The notes under the pieces were generated by a model. The model was not told where the DNA came from and did not search any database. It was given only the letters and a program-made list of their open reading frames with translations. A DNA stretch of 64,000 nucleotides from Bugula neritina (Eukaryota; Animalia; Bryozoa), in assembly GCA_964035545.1 (NCBI GenBank), contig OZ037765.1, positions 18,290,995 through 18,354,994 on the forward strand, written 5' to 3'. Position numbers and translations under genes: made by a program. Below are positions 41,511 through 53,400 of this stretch, in pieces; position 1 is the stretch's first letter, and every line of letters begins with the position of its first letter.

Positions 41511-43228
41511 CTTATGCTGGGCTCTGTTAAAATCTAATTCTATTATAAGGTTTTATGGCTTATAGTTTTGTGCAATTCGGGTCAGGGAATTTCAGCGTAT
41601 TTTTGTATAATTTGCATGCTTTAGCAATTTATATATCTTCTACTGTACACATAAAAATGTTGAAACCTTAAATTCTATGCTCAATTTTTTTGTTTTGTAA
41701 GTTTTCTAATAAATATGTCTAACCAGTTGTAAGGCTTACCTTGTAGAGTTATTGCTGTTGCTTTATGTGCAATCTTGTCAATTTAAGGAGAGCTTTGACT
41801 GTTACATTAAATTCATAGCTCTTGGTTTAGCGCGTGAGTTGAAAAATATGAAAGTCATGAATTAAGGTGATAACAAGGGACTTTGTGAAGCTGCCAAATT
41901 CGCACATGGACTAATTATAGATACTTGTAGTTATAGTAGCAGGCTAAAGTAATTCTCATCTATAGACTCATTTTATTGTAAATATATTATATTCAGACAG
42001 TAAAGAAGGCTTAGTTAATGAATTAATTGTAATTACGGGTAATTTGATTTGAAAGCCAAGTCACTAATGCTTTGCATTGCAAATTTATTTCATATTGATT
42101 AGTAGTTATGCAGCTACCTTTATTTTGCCAATATTGTAAGGGTCCTTGTAATTTGAGCTAAACTCTAGTGAAACCTGAAATGATTTGCCTTATATTTAAA
42201 TGGTTTCCTTTTTGTTGGTGAATATGCTGATAATAGCCATTAAGTGTTGTGTTGAAGTATCATGTGCTATGGCAATAAATGTAAAATATTATGATATCTG
42301 TTGTTGAGAAACTGTGCTGTGAAAATATGCAATGCTGTGTGTTATTTGGAATTGTGTGAATAATAGGGCTCTGTGATGAGTTACTACCCCTTCTATTAAA
42401 ATCTGGCGGTGTTCCTTGTATACTCTATATTTTGCACTGTGTCAATGCAGTGATTGCAGTATTTTTCCAACTGCTTATAAATCAACTAGCAAATTTTCTT
42501 TGTAAAACTTAATGTAATTCATGCTGCGTAAATAAAATAAGCAAAACATTGTAACAGTAGGTTTTATAACAATGCAAAACTGTAAGTTTTCAATGTCATT
42601 GATGCCCAAGTGGCTAATAATTATTACAGCTTGGTATTGATAATTGGGGACAAGTTATAAAGTCACAGATTTCTTGTCCGACTCTCCTCATTAGTGTAAC
42701 AGCCAATAATACCCACAGGATATCCACTTTTATGATCAATGTAATGCAATTTGTTTCATATATAAATCGCCTGTGGCATAGCTATAGTGTGACTTACCAA
42801 CCCGCCCATAACGTGACTTGAAGTTATTAGTAGACACCAGGCTACGCATAATAAGAATATTATATTACACACATCTATGCAAATGACTTGTTGGTGGATT
42901 GGTGCTATATTTACAATCTCTGCGTCAGCATGCAGATATGCAACTAGAAAATTGGTAAAACCATTAACGATTGCAAGTTTGAGTACGTTGGCTTTTACAT
43001 GCGAGTAAATATGCATACATATTATATATACATATGGGTGGTACTGTTACTTGTATGAGGTGATGGCTTGTCAACTGCCCTTATTAATGGTATGCTGCTT
43101 TGGACACCTTAGGGAGTGATATATTGTATAGAATGCGCAGCTACACTCACTATACACAATTATTGATTTATGTATTGACCACTATAAAACACAACTTGCT
43201 TCATAACTTTTAGTAGTGCACGTACACC

Positions 43229-46200
43229 ATGGCAAAGCTTCACAGGTTTGTCAAACTTAAAGACAAACCAAATACACATATTTTCACATTTCTCATACCA
43301 ACAAATATAGGATCAAATTCTTCAAAAGAGGTCATATCAACAGAATTTAGCTGTGCTCACCAGAAATGGAGTATATTGCTAAGCAAACAAGAAAACGACA
43401 CGCATATAGGAGCATTTCTTACTTTGAAAGATCCAACTCCTGGAATTTATGTAACGGCTGACTTTGGCTTTAGCATGCTTAACCGACTGCACTACACCAG
43501 GAATGAGACATTTGTGGATAATGGCAAAGTTTTCTCTAAGCAACAACCAGTTCAGGGGCGAAAATCCTTTATTACTGTTAACGACATAAAGAATTCTACT
43601 AAAGGTTTTATCATGGAAAAAGATCAGCTGTGCCTCGAGGTATCACTCAGCAACCTCCATACCAGATTTGAGTATCAGTTACAACTGCCGTTATCTGAGA
43701 AGGATAAGCAAAAATGCCAACAGAATGACATGCGCCTGGAAACGGGTCACTTTCCATTTGGTGGGTCTGAATGGCAGGTCAGTCTGAAGATCAACGATAA
43801 GCTGCCCGCAGACACCCGCGGTGGCGGCAGCATTGTATCTATAAGGAGACTGACCAACTTCACACATTACTGTAAGTTTAGCTATCGGATTCATGTTGGT
43901 GTGATTGAGCCAACTCCTTTACCAGGCGCTAAACCACTGCCTACCAGCAAAATCAGCCAGACAAAGGTAGGACAGTTTAACAAGTCAGCGAAACCAGTCA
44001 TCTCCAACAACATGGATTCACTTTTTATTGAAGGAGATACCCAAGACAAGCTAGTAATACCTCACAATGTGTATAAGCTAGCAACTACACAAGGAGTGAT
44101 CACCATCAAAATCGAGTGCTTCAATTGTATCCTATTAACTTTATTGCAAATACCCATGGGCACTAGTCGGAACAAGGCTCTTCAGTGCTACGACCGGGAC
44201 AGACAGACTTGGTTCTTTGAACCCCATATGAGATCAGATAAACTTAGATTCTTCTTATTTTATGGCAGCATTAGGATAGTTCCAAGAGGTTGTTTTAGAA
44301 TGGTAGAGATAGGAGTAAGTGTGCTACCAGCTTATGGCAAGTGCACTAAGGTAGAGGCAATCAACTCTCCATACACCAAGTACTACGTTCAACATGACCA
44401 AGATGACTTTGGATTAGAAATACTAACACCTATACCAATGAAAGATGTAAGTATGTTTAAGTTCCTATTCCTATGAACTTACTTTTGTTTCTTCATAATA
44501 ATGCTAAAATATATACAGTTTAAATAAGATAGACATAGCTTTTTAAGGAGAAAGGGTGAGGAATATTATTATTTTATGCATTAAATATGATTGTTTGATG
44601 CTGTTGAGCCACGGGCATTTGGAAGCAGTGACTATAACACTTTGTCTTGTCTACTAATTAATTCAAATATTATGTAAGAATATAACATCATTAATGGGTA
44701 TTGACTTTGCAAACCATAATTAACTGAAACCTCTTGTTAAGCATATATGAACAGAATATACTTAACCAGGCTGCCCCAGTCACCTGTGCACAACTTGACT
44801 ACAGCAGCAGAGCAGTTTCCCATGCAAAGATTGTAATGGTGGATTTTGCACAGCATTTAGTGCTAATATAGCTAATAAAGCAGAAATTCTATGACTTTAA
44901 TTTTAGATAAAGATAATTAATAACATTTTAGTTTAAGCAAATAAATAGTTTCAATTTTATTATGTAGCCTGATTCCAATAATTTTTTTTGTTTGGGGCCA
45001 TTGATATAAAAATTTCAAAACCCCGTGAAATATCCGAGAAAATAAGGCTATTTTGAAGCTCAAGCACCCACTTCATTTCGATATAATCAACAACAAGTCA
45101 ATACAGCCTATAATAGAAAAATGGAATCTTGACTGACACCATTCTATTCGAACAATTGATGATGCTTGGCTGTACATAGCTTCAATACTACTATCTACTT
45201 CCATTAATAGCTCTGTAGATCATTTACACTAATCATAATAATACACATGTGAGCCATATCGATGTTTGGAACAATTTTATATTGTAGATAGTTTTTATTG
45301 TTTCAAACATCAGCCCTCATAAATAAATCAGGCAGTGGCTAAAGCCTGACCTTCATGCACACACTGCAAGCGTGAGAGCAGATCAATATCTACCCATATA
45401 AAGCACACAGTGTGGTTTGTACTAAATAGTACAGTTAAGGAATAGGTACTCCAAGGATACTAGTAGATAGTGAAACATTTTCCAATGTTGCTTAAACTAA
45501 TCTAGTTGCAAAATTTATAAAATGTTAAAATATTCAAGATATTTAATTGAACTAAGATTTTAAGAATTTGTAGAACTATATAAGAAGATTAAAAGTTTTT
45601 CTTTGCAACACAGGAAGACACATTTTTTGAAACTCCTCTGGTTTATGTCAAAAGAACTCGGCACACAATGACATTAGTAATCAGCCTGTTCATGCATGTA
45701 GTCACTCACACTCAGCCTTCACAGACTATTTATTGAATGGCAGTAAATGTAAATATAAAGCCTACCACTTGTGACTTAGCTCAATTTATCATATATCTTG
45801 CATGTTACCCATTTCCAACAGGCAAGCTGTTGCTTTAGCACTTTTTAGAAGAATCTTGAGGACAGATGTATTTAAAGACAGCTTTTAAATAATTATCAGT
45901 CCATTATCGTCCTTATTTAATAAAGCCTCTATTAAAAATATTGGTTGAAAATACAGCTCGTTGCAGCTCGTTGCAGCTCGTTGCAGCTCGTTGCAGCTCG
46001 TTGCTCGTTGCACGATAATTCAAGTGGCTCTGATGCGATACTATTTAGTGCAGCAATATTTAGTGATGTAGGGAGTTACTGAGAAGCCCCTCAAATAGAT
46101 TATCAACATAGTTTATAACAGAAGCTTCATGAGTAAGGCTGGTCACAGAGAATAGAGGATACACTAAATAAATAATGCCAAACAAATATACCTGTTATAC

Positions 46201-49054
46201 CAAGTCTTGCATGCATCCAGAACTTGTGTATTAAAGATCTAAACAAAATTGACAAAAAATAATGTGTGTGTTGAGTTCAAACTTTGCCACCCTGATCATT
46301 GGTAACTGAACAACAAATTTAGCTTATATTTTGCTACAAACTCACAGGATAAACTGTGTTTCTGGCCGATATGATTACATCATGAATATTGATGAGTTAT
46401 GATAAATCACCACTTTTTAAAACACAACTAAGCCATCGTTTGAACAAAGAAAAACTTGCCATGTGTTGTACAACATTACAGTAATTAAGGTACCGGTTTT
46501 ATTGGTCAGATATAAATGGTTGCCTGAGTGTGAGATCTTGCTTGTTCGGCTGCTTTGCCTTGGTGTGTTGCAAGCATTGCCTTTCTGCTCCAACTTAGAA
46601 ATTTTTAATTACACCAGTTTTAGTAGTGGGTTTGGACTTACGAATGAATCATGTATGGTATTGCAATATTCACCAAAGTAGGAAAGACAATCACACAATA
46701 ATTATTTTTATGGTATGTAGCTGAAGTATTATAATAGCGGAGCAAGTTGCAACAATCAAGTTAGTTTATTACATTACTGGTAAATGGCATTAATTATTTT
46801 TTATACAAGTTTCCCCATCATTAAGTTGTATTTGTGAGCAATATTTAGTATCAGTCCCATTAATTGGCATATGCTTATACAGCAGAACACTTCAAACTGC
46901 ATGGTGCTTTTTATAAGAACATAAATAATTTAGTCATATTTTGTTACTATATCTACAATGCCCAGTAATTTAACAACTCTATTAGACTTTCCTTAAAAGT
47001 TTCTTACCTGCAAACTGTTCCTCTCTCACAAATGGATATAATGAAAGATCTTTCTTGTTTGGTTAACAAATTTACGAGATAATGCTTTAAAAACTTTATT
47101 CGCATTCCTTGCAAATAGAAGCAACAATTAAACTGTCACGGATACTGCTTTTAAAAAGTTATCAAAAGTCATAGGATTATCAACAAATTTTGATACATAT
47201 CAGAAAAATTAATTTGCAATCTTTGAGGTTATCATTTGTAGACGGCACCTAATGGAAAGCTAAACTCTCTTTCTTCTTACATTTTCTTCTCACCATATGA
47301 TGTAACCAAATAATCTTTCAACTTAGAAAGCTAGTTCTTTAATTTAATTGAAGCACCTATCAACTCTGAAAATATTGCATTATTTGTAGCTTATTGATCC
47401 CAAAAACTCGTATGTTTACGATAACACCAGCTGTTTAACAGTTCAGATAGAGTGGGGAGACTCGCATCTTTTGAAGGATGTTGAGTATTCACTGATAGAC
47501 AATGTCAGCCGGCTGCACAAGCTTCAGATGTCGTGAGTACAAACATTGCATTCTTTATAGTAACTTGTAGGCAATTAATAGGTTCCTGTCTGTTATAGCA
47601 TAACCTCTGTAATAGCATATAACCCTCTGTTATAACATACCCTCTGTTATAGCATGCCCTCTGTTATAGCATACCCTCTGTTATAGCATGCCCTCTGTTA
47701 TAGCACACCTTCTGTAATAGCATGCCATATATTACAGTGCGCCTTCTGTTATAGCATACCTTCTATTACAGTATACTCTCTATTATAGCATGCCATATGT
47801 TATAGCATACTTTCTGGTATCGCATGTTCAAGAAGCATTCTACAAAAATACCTCTTCTTTACACATAATAATGCTCTCTTGAATTTTTATAAATTACGAA
47901 CTTTAAATACATGCAACTATTTCCTGAACATAGTGAAAACTCTTAGAAAGGTTGGAGTTGATAAAAACTTACAAATTTCAAATGCTATTTTTAGACGAGA
48001 AATGGCTAACTTGGAAAGAGAAAATTTGACCTTAGAAAAAGAGATGCATAGCTATCACACTACAATAGCCCAAAAAGTTTCTAAAGGTGAATATGATCCG
48101 AACATAATGGCTCCAAGGCCCCAGCCACCTGGACAAGCACAGCCAGGGTATGGTGAAACACAACTAGATAGGCTACATGGTGTCACAGCACAGGATCAGT
48201 TACACAGAGGCATGAATATGACATCTAACCAGATAAACAGCAACCCCATGAACCAGCTTAGCACCCCATACTCTCAACACAGCAACTTGGGTTCAGGAAT
48301 GGTCTCACAAAATCATGCCAACTACGATGCAGGATATTCTAGGAATGAGCTGGGAGTTGCAGATGCGTATGAACGGCAGTCAAGAGGATACGGCGGCATG
48401 GACAGTATGCCAGTACCAACTGATCGAGGGCACCGATCACGAAGTGCTGATCCAAGTGGTTCCCATTACTACCCCTCGCCAGTAGTGGATAGGAGAGCAG
48501 GCAATCGCAGGAATTCTACAGCTGGTGCCGAGTATGCAGACCTTTTAGAACAAACCCCTAACAATAGGTATAACAGAGGAATGTATTCCAACACAAGTGG
48601 TTATCAATCAGACTCTGGTTATCCAATGGAGGCAACAGAAAAAGGAGGGGAAGGCAGATACAACGGGCACTACACACAGGGATCTGGTAGACCACGGCCA
48701 AGCACAAGGTCTAGCAAACCATCAGATTCCAGAAGTGACCATGGTGACTATTTTAGTGAAAGTAGAACAAAGGCAAGCTATGACAGAGATCTCAATGCAT
48801 ATGGTTACAACAAATTTGGTGGAAAACATAGCATAGGAAATGCAGGAGTACGGCCGCAGATGGCTAATGATGGCAGAAGAAGTATGCTTAGTTCTGCAAC
48901 ACCAACTGGAAGAGCATCATATGCTGGCTATGAAACTGAGTATATACCATCAGAAAGTGGCAGAGCAGGAGCATCATACCCCAATACTCCTAGATCAACA
49001 TCAACTCAAAGGGGAGGAGGATATCCAAGGGGAATTGAGAATGGGCCACGATAA
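43229..49054 (+). CDS. MATH/TRAF-like domain protein with short coiled coil and long low-complexity tail; exons 43229-44446, 47390-47532, 47995-49054 (806 aa)
   Basis: MATH-like repeats: VISTEFSCAHQKWSILL...IGAFLTL...ADFGFSMLN...QGRKSFITVNDI and LETGHFPFGGSEWQVSL, plus a third degenerate unit. GT-AG phases join to 2421 nt. Coiled-coil-like MSREMANLERENLTLEKEMHSY precedes the G/S/Y/R-rich tail. Confidence 0.85.
45954..46011. repeat. 10-bp tandem repeat (CAGCTCGTTG), about 5.5 copies
   Basis: Perfect tandem copies plus one partial. Confidence 0.9.
47590..47826. repeat. 17-bp minisatellite (CCCTCTGTTATAGCATR), about 13 copies
   Basis: Degenerate tandem copies in intron 2 of the MATH gene. Confidence 0.85.
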
Positions 49055-50427
49055 GAATATTGTAAATAATCACAATCACATAGCTACCTTGTATTCATTT
49101 AGCGTACTATGTATAAAATATTGGTAACTAAATGCAGTTTTGGATTCAGACTATGTTTTGCTATTGAATGTTAGTTTAAAGTTTAATGTTTACATTCTCA
49201 CCTAGCTTTTAATTGTATGCAAAATTCAATTTTGTTGATGACTATAATGGTGCATATGCAACTAAATTCAACTGTTTACTAATACTATTATATAACTGAT
49301 TATTAGTATCAACACTTCATATAACAAAGCCCCAAGCAGTAACTTTCTCTATTTCTGACAACTTTGTTCAGTTTTAGTCTCATTTCACAAACATATAAGT
49401 TAGGCATGCTGTCACTAGCTATTTATTTGTCAACATCTTTTATTTGTTGCAATTTCTATTTTCTCAATTAGACAATATACTTAGAGCAATTATACTATAC
49501 GTACAACCACTGTATGTGCAAAACTGCAACAATTAAAATAATTATAAGTAACACAAGCATACATAGGTTTCCTTAACAAAGGACTAATGGTGCAATCAAT
49601 GTGGCAAATACCAAAGGCACCATTTTACAGCAGTCAGTAATGAACTTTGCATTTGATTTAATTTATTACAAATTAACTCATCAACAAGATTCTCCTCCTG
49701 CTGGTCAATCACCCATGTTATAATGAAAAGAAGGTAGTTTCATAGCAAAGTGGTTATGGTACTCTAAGACTGATTAAATGTACAGGCTGGCATAGGGATT
49801 CTTATTTCCTCATTATGCAATGTCTTCATTAGTTTTCAACCAGGAGAACCAATATTACAGGATTTAATAAGGTTTCTATTTAAATCAATTTTAGTTGGAG
49901 AATGATATGTCAATAGTTTGTAACTGAATTAGTCAACAAGTTAACCAATCAATATGACTCTCGGCCAAGGAACAGAACAAATGAAAAAATTGAGACTGTG
50001 CATACTATTTATATATCTCTACACCACCAGCTATAAAACTTATCTCAAAAGATCAATAACCAACTACACGAGTGTAGTGGAGGCACATGCAATCATTATA
50101 CGTAAGTAAGTATTGCATCTGCTAGCTCTACAAATGTTTGCGTCTTGTACAAAACCCACATCAAATATTTAAGTCTTATTGATTAGATCCAGGCAGTTAT
50201 GGTTTATATGTATTTTCTTTATTAAACGACAGCATTATAATCATTATAATATAAGCAAATAAATTTAACTTTTAATTAGGACTTTCACAATTAATTGCCT
50301 ATAAGTTTACACTCATTATTGGCTTTATAAAGAAACAGATGTGGCACACAACATGCTACTACCAGCATGAACCTTCTTTCCCAGTCTTCCATCAACTGAA
50401 GCCATTTTCTAGCTTCAAACAGACTTT

Positions 50428-53400
50428 TTATTCCGGGATTGTCTTTGTAGAAATACGAATACCATGCATGTCACTAATTTCTGCTTTTAGAGCCTGGAAA
50501 AGTCATGCAACACAAGAATAAATCATTATATGCAATACTTTGATGTCCTATAAAAGTTTACCATGTTGGCTACTTTAAACTAATTACACATCATAAAAGT
50601 TACTCAATCAAGCTGCAAAAAAAAACAGATTAAAAATGTATCGAAAATATGTAAGTGTATTTTTTGTAAAATATACAACAGAAATTAGATATCTAATCAA
50701 TTTTGCAGTGAACTTTACAAGTGAACTTTCAAAATCCCAATTAGCAAATAACTTCTACAAAAAATATACTAATAGTTGAGACCTGAGTGGGCTATTACTG
50801 TCTAAACATGAGAATACAACGTCAAAAGTAGAATTTTTAAAATTTCTGTACACAAAAAATTATTAAATTGCATTTAGTTACACATTAACTGCAACTACGA
50901 GATTTAATGAGAGCCTACAGCTGAATTTATTGCACTTTAAATTGTTAGAATATGAAACCTTCTGAAACTAAATGTTGTATTACAGATTAAAAAAAAGCTG
51001 CAAAAATATTTGTTGACAAAAAGTGCAATTTTGTAAATTTACTGCTATAACTTAGTTATTTATTTGTTTAAATCACTTCACTTCTTTTGTTGTTTTCCCA
51101 AAATTTACGATTTTTAAAGGTACCAATTTAGCTATTCTTTATAGTTTCTTGAAATTGAGATGATTAATTGGGTTTCATTAGAAACACATCTAGACATGAA
51201 GTGAAAAAAGTGGGGATATAAGATACATTTTGGGGTCTATTGTTTCCTAGCATATGACACCAAAGGAAAATATATTTGTAGACATATATGAACATAGTTC
51301 TATGCAAATATTATATCTGTGAAGCCTACAGTTCAACTATAAGTCAAGAGCTTAAGGCTGAAGCTGACATTTTATTATTAGTAGATGTGCTCATGAGACA
51401 AGACCTAAAAATAAAACCAAGAAATTCTCCGTAGAGTAAAACGGCTCTTAAAATTATATAGCAGTTTAATTTCAGCAACACAAGCAAAGACTTGGTGCCC
51501 AGTTGGCTTAGGTTCCACCTTATTACTGAAAAAATTATACATTGATTACAAACTTGAATGAAATAAATAATAGCAATGGCATTTTGAATAACCAAAAAAA
51601 GCATTACAAATAATTGGTAGAATAATTTTGACGAGTGGACTCAAATGTCAAACCAAGACAATTAATGATCAATGGGTCATTCCGCGTCAACTCAACCGAT
51701 GGCCCACGCCTTTGCGTCTCAGATTTTGTTCATATTTACACCAAATGGACCTACACATGTCCTGAGTACTATTCTTGAATATTTTTGGCCTGACACAAAA
51801 ACTTTTTGAAAAATGAATATTTCCATGTACAAAGGTTGGGAAAAATTTTGAGGAAAATTTGCGATTTTTACTTTTAGACCAATTTGTAAACGTCCATATC
51901 TCCATTATTTTTCTAGACTGAGCCTTAAAATTTGGTGTGTGATTTGATAACACCTATCAATTTGCACTAGTAGTAACACATACTGCAGAATACTTTGTGT
52001 GCATATATGCTAAGCCATTGAATATTGGCAAATTTTTATGAATTTTGAAAAATTTTGATTATTTGCCACATCACAAAAGGCGTTAATTTTTATTTTACTT
52101 CTATAAATTTTTATCCATAAATAGTTGATTATGGCTACTTTATACTCCTTAATTTGTGTAATTTTGAAAATAATATTTTCCGAGATATAGACACCCAAAG
52201 TGAAGAAAATGTGAAAATTCGCCCAACTTCACAAGGATGTAACCCGATGTTTGAATACAGTAAAATCTTTCAAACAAGCATTTTCTGTAACGTCATTTAG
52301 TGTATTTTGTAGATTCATAAATTTGGACGTCCTTATATTCTCCAAACTTGAAGTAAATCGCACGGAAAAATGTTATGCGTACGAAAATCGGCAAAATGCA
52401 ATTTTTCAATATAATATGTTGGGATCATACATTTTTTATTATTCATATTGTTCAAAATATCAAGTAGATACATATATGTTTCCTATATATATCAAATCTA
52501 CTGAAAATTACGATAAAATCTGATTTGTGTGTAATATCGTAAGAAAAATTCTGCCGATCGGCATTATATGATATTCCCATTAGGTTTCAGGTAGCAATTG
52601 TTATTTCTGTGAGTGAATGGTGTGAAACAGCTGAAATCTTGCTGGAATCAAGTACATTAAGTAGCTGAGGCAAGGATAGCTTCAAAAAACATACCCAAAT
52701 AAAACACCATGGCCCTGAACACAATAGGCCTAATTAATTCGATGACAGTGGTGTTTAATACATGCCGGAAATTATTGTGGCTTTTGAAACAGATGTGCCT
52801 AAATATAGCAAAATAGCCCTAACCTCGCCCTAATTTGGTCAGTACTGGTTAAAGAATCAAGTGATTGGCATCATGCCATGTCCAATGTTCATCATCCTGA
52901 AAAAATTTACAACTCTCTTTTTTATAACTGAAAGCAATGGTCTTCCAACTTTAGTATCTGGTTCAAACAGAACTCCTTTTGCAGTCTTTTGGCTTGCTGT
53001 GCAAGGTAATTGTTGGGGTTTTACATAGGCTGGGAAAGCTTTTTCCTAATACATGATAGCTTTTCACATGTCATCTCAGCTATATTATGCTTTTCCATTT
53101 TCATTATAGCTAATACACAAAAGCTAACTTTTTTACGACTATAAAGACCCAGCAGTTTTTCTCTTATCCAGACTTGCATTTCACACTTGTACCGGCAACT
53201 TGTAAGTCATGAGGTAACCTTTTTTTTACGTTGCTATTTCTTCAGTCTGCTACTATAATAAATATTTATTTCTCTACCTTAAAACACAACGATAATTGTT
53301 TACTCCAAATTCTATAGATGTCTTATCAATGGTCCAGCTTTCTGGTGCCAATGTCAATAACTGGACCTTCTTTTGTCCCAAAGAAACTTTCACCTTATTC

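Noticed and set aside
48611-48631. DSGYP in the MATH protein tail resembling the human eEF2K beta-TrCP degron DSGYPS
   Set aside because: It reads DSGYPME and lacks the second Ser. It lies in a separate gene after the eEF2K stop, so the similarity is coincidental.
48597-49127. Alternative-frame ORFs in the last exon of the MATH gene
   Set aside because: Expected shadows of a long GC-richer exon. No slippery site or splice evidence.
51687-52523. Three ORFs duplicated exactly at 54538-55383
   Set aside because: They are mirror images created by the TIRs: AT-rich, non-ATG starts, no recognisable domains.
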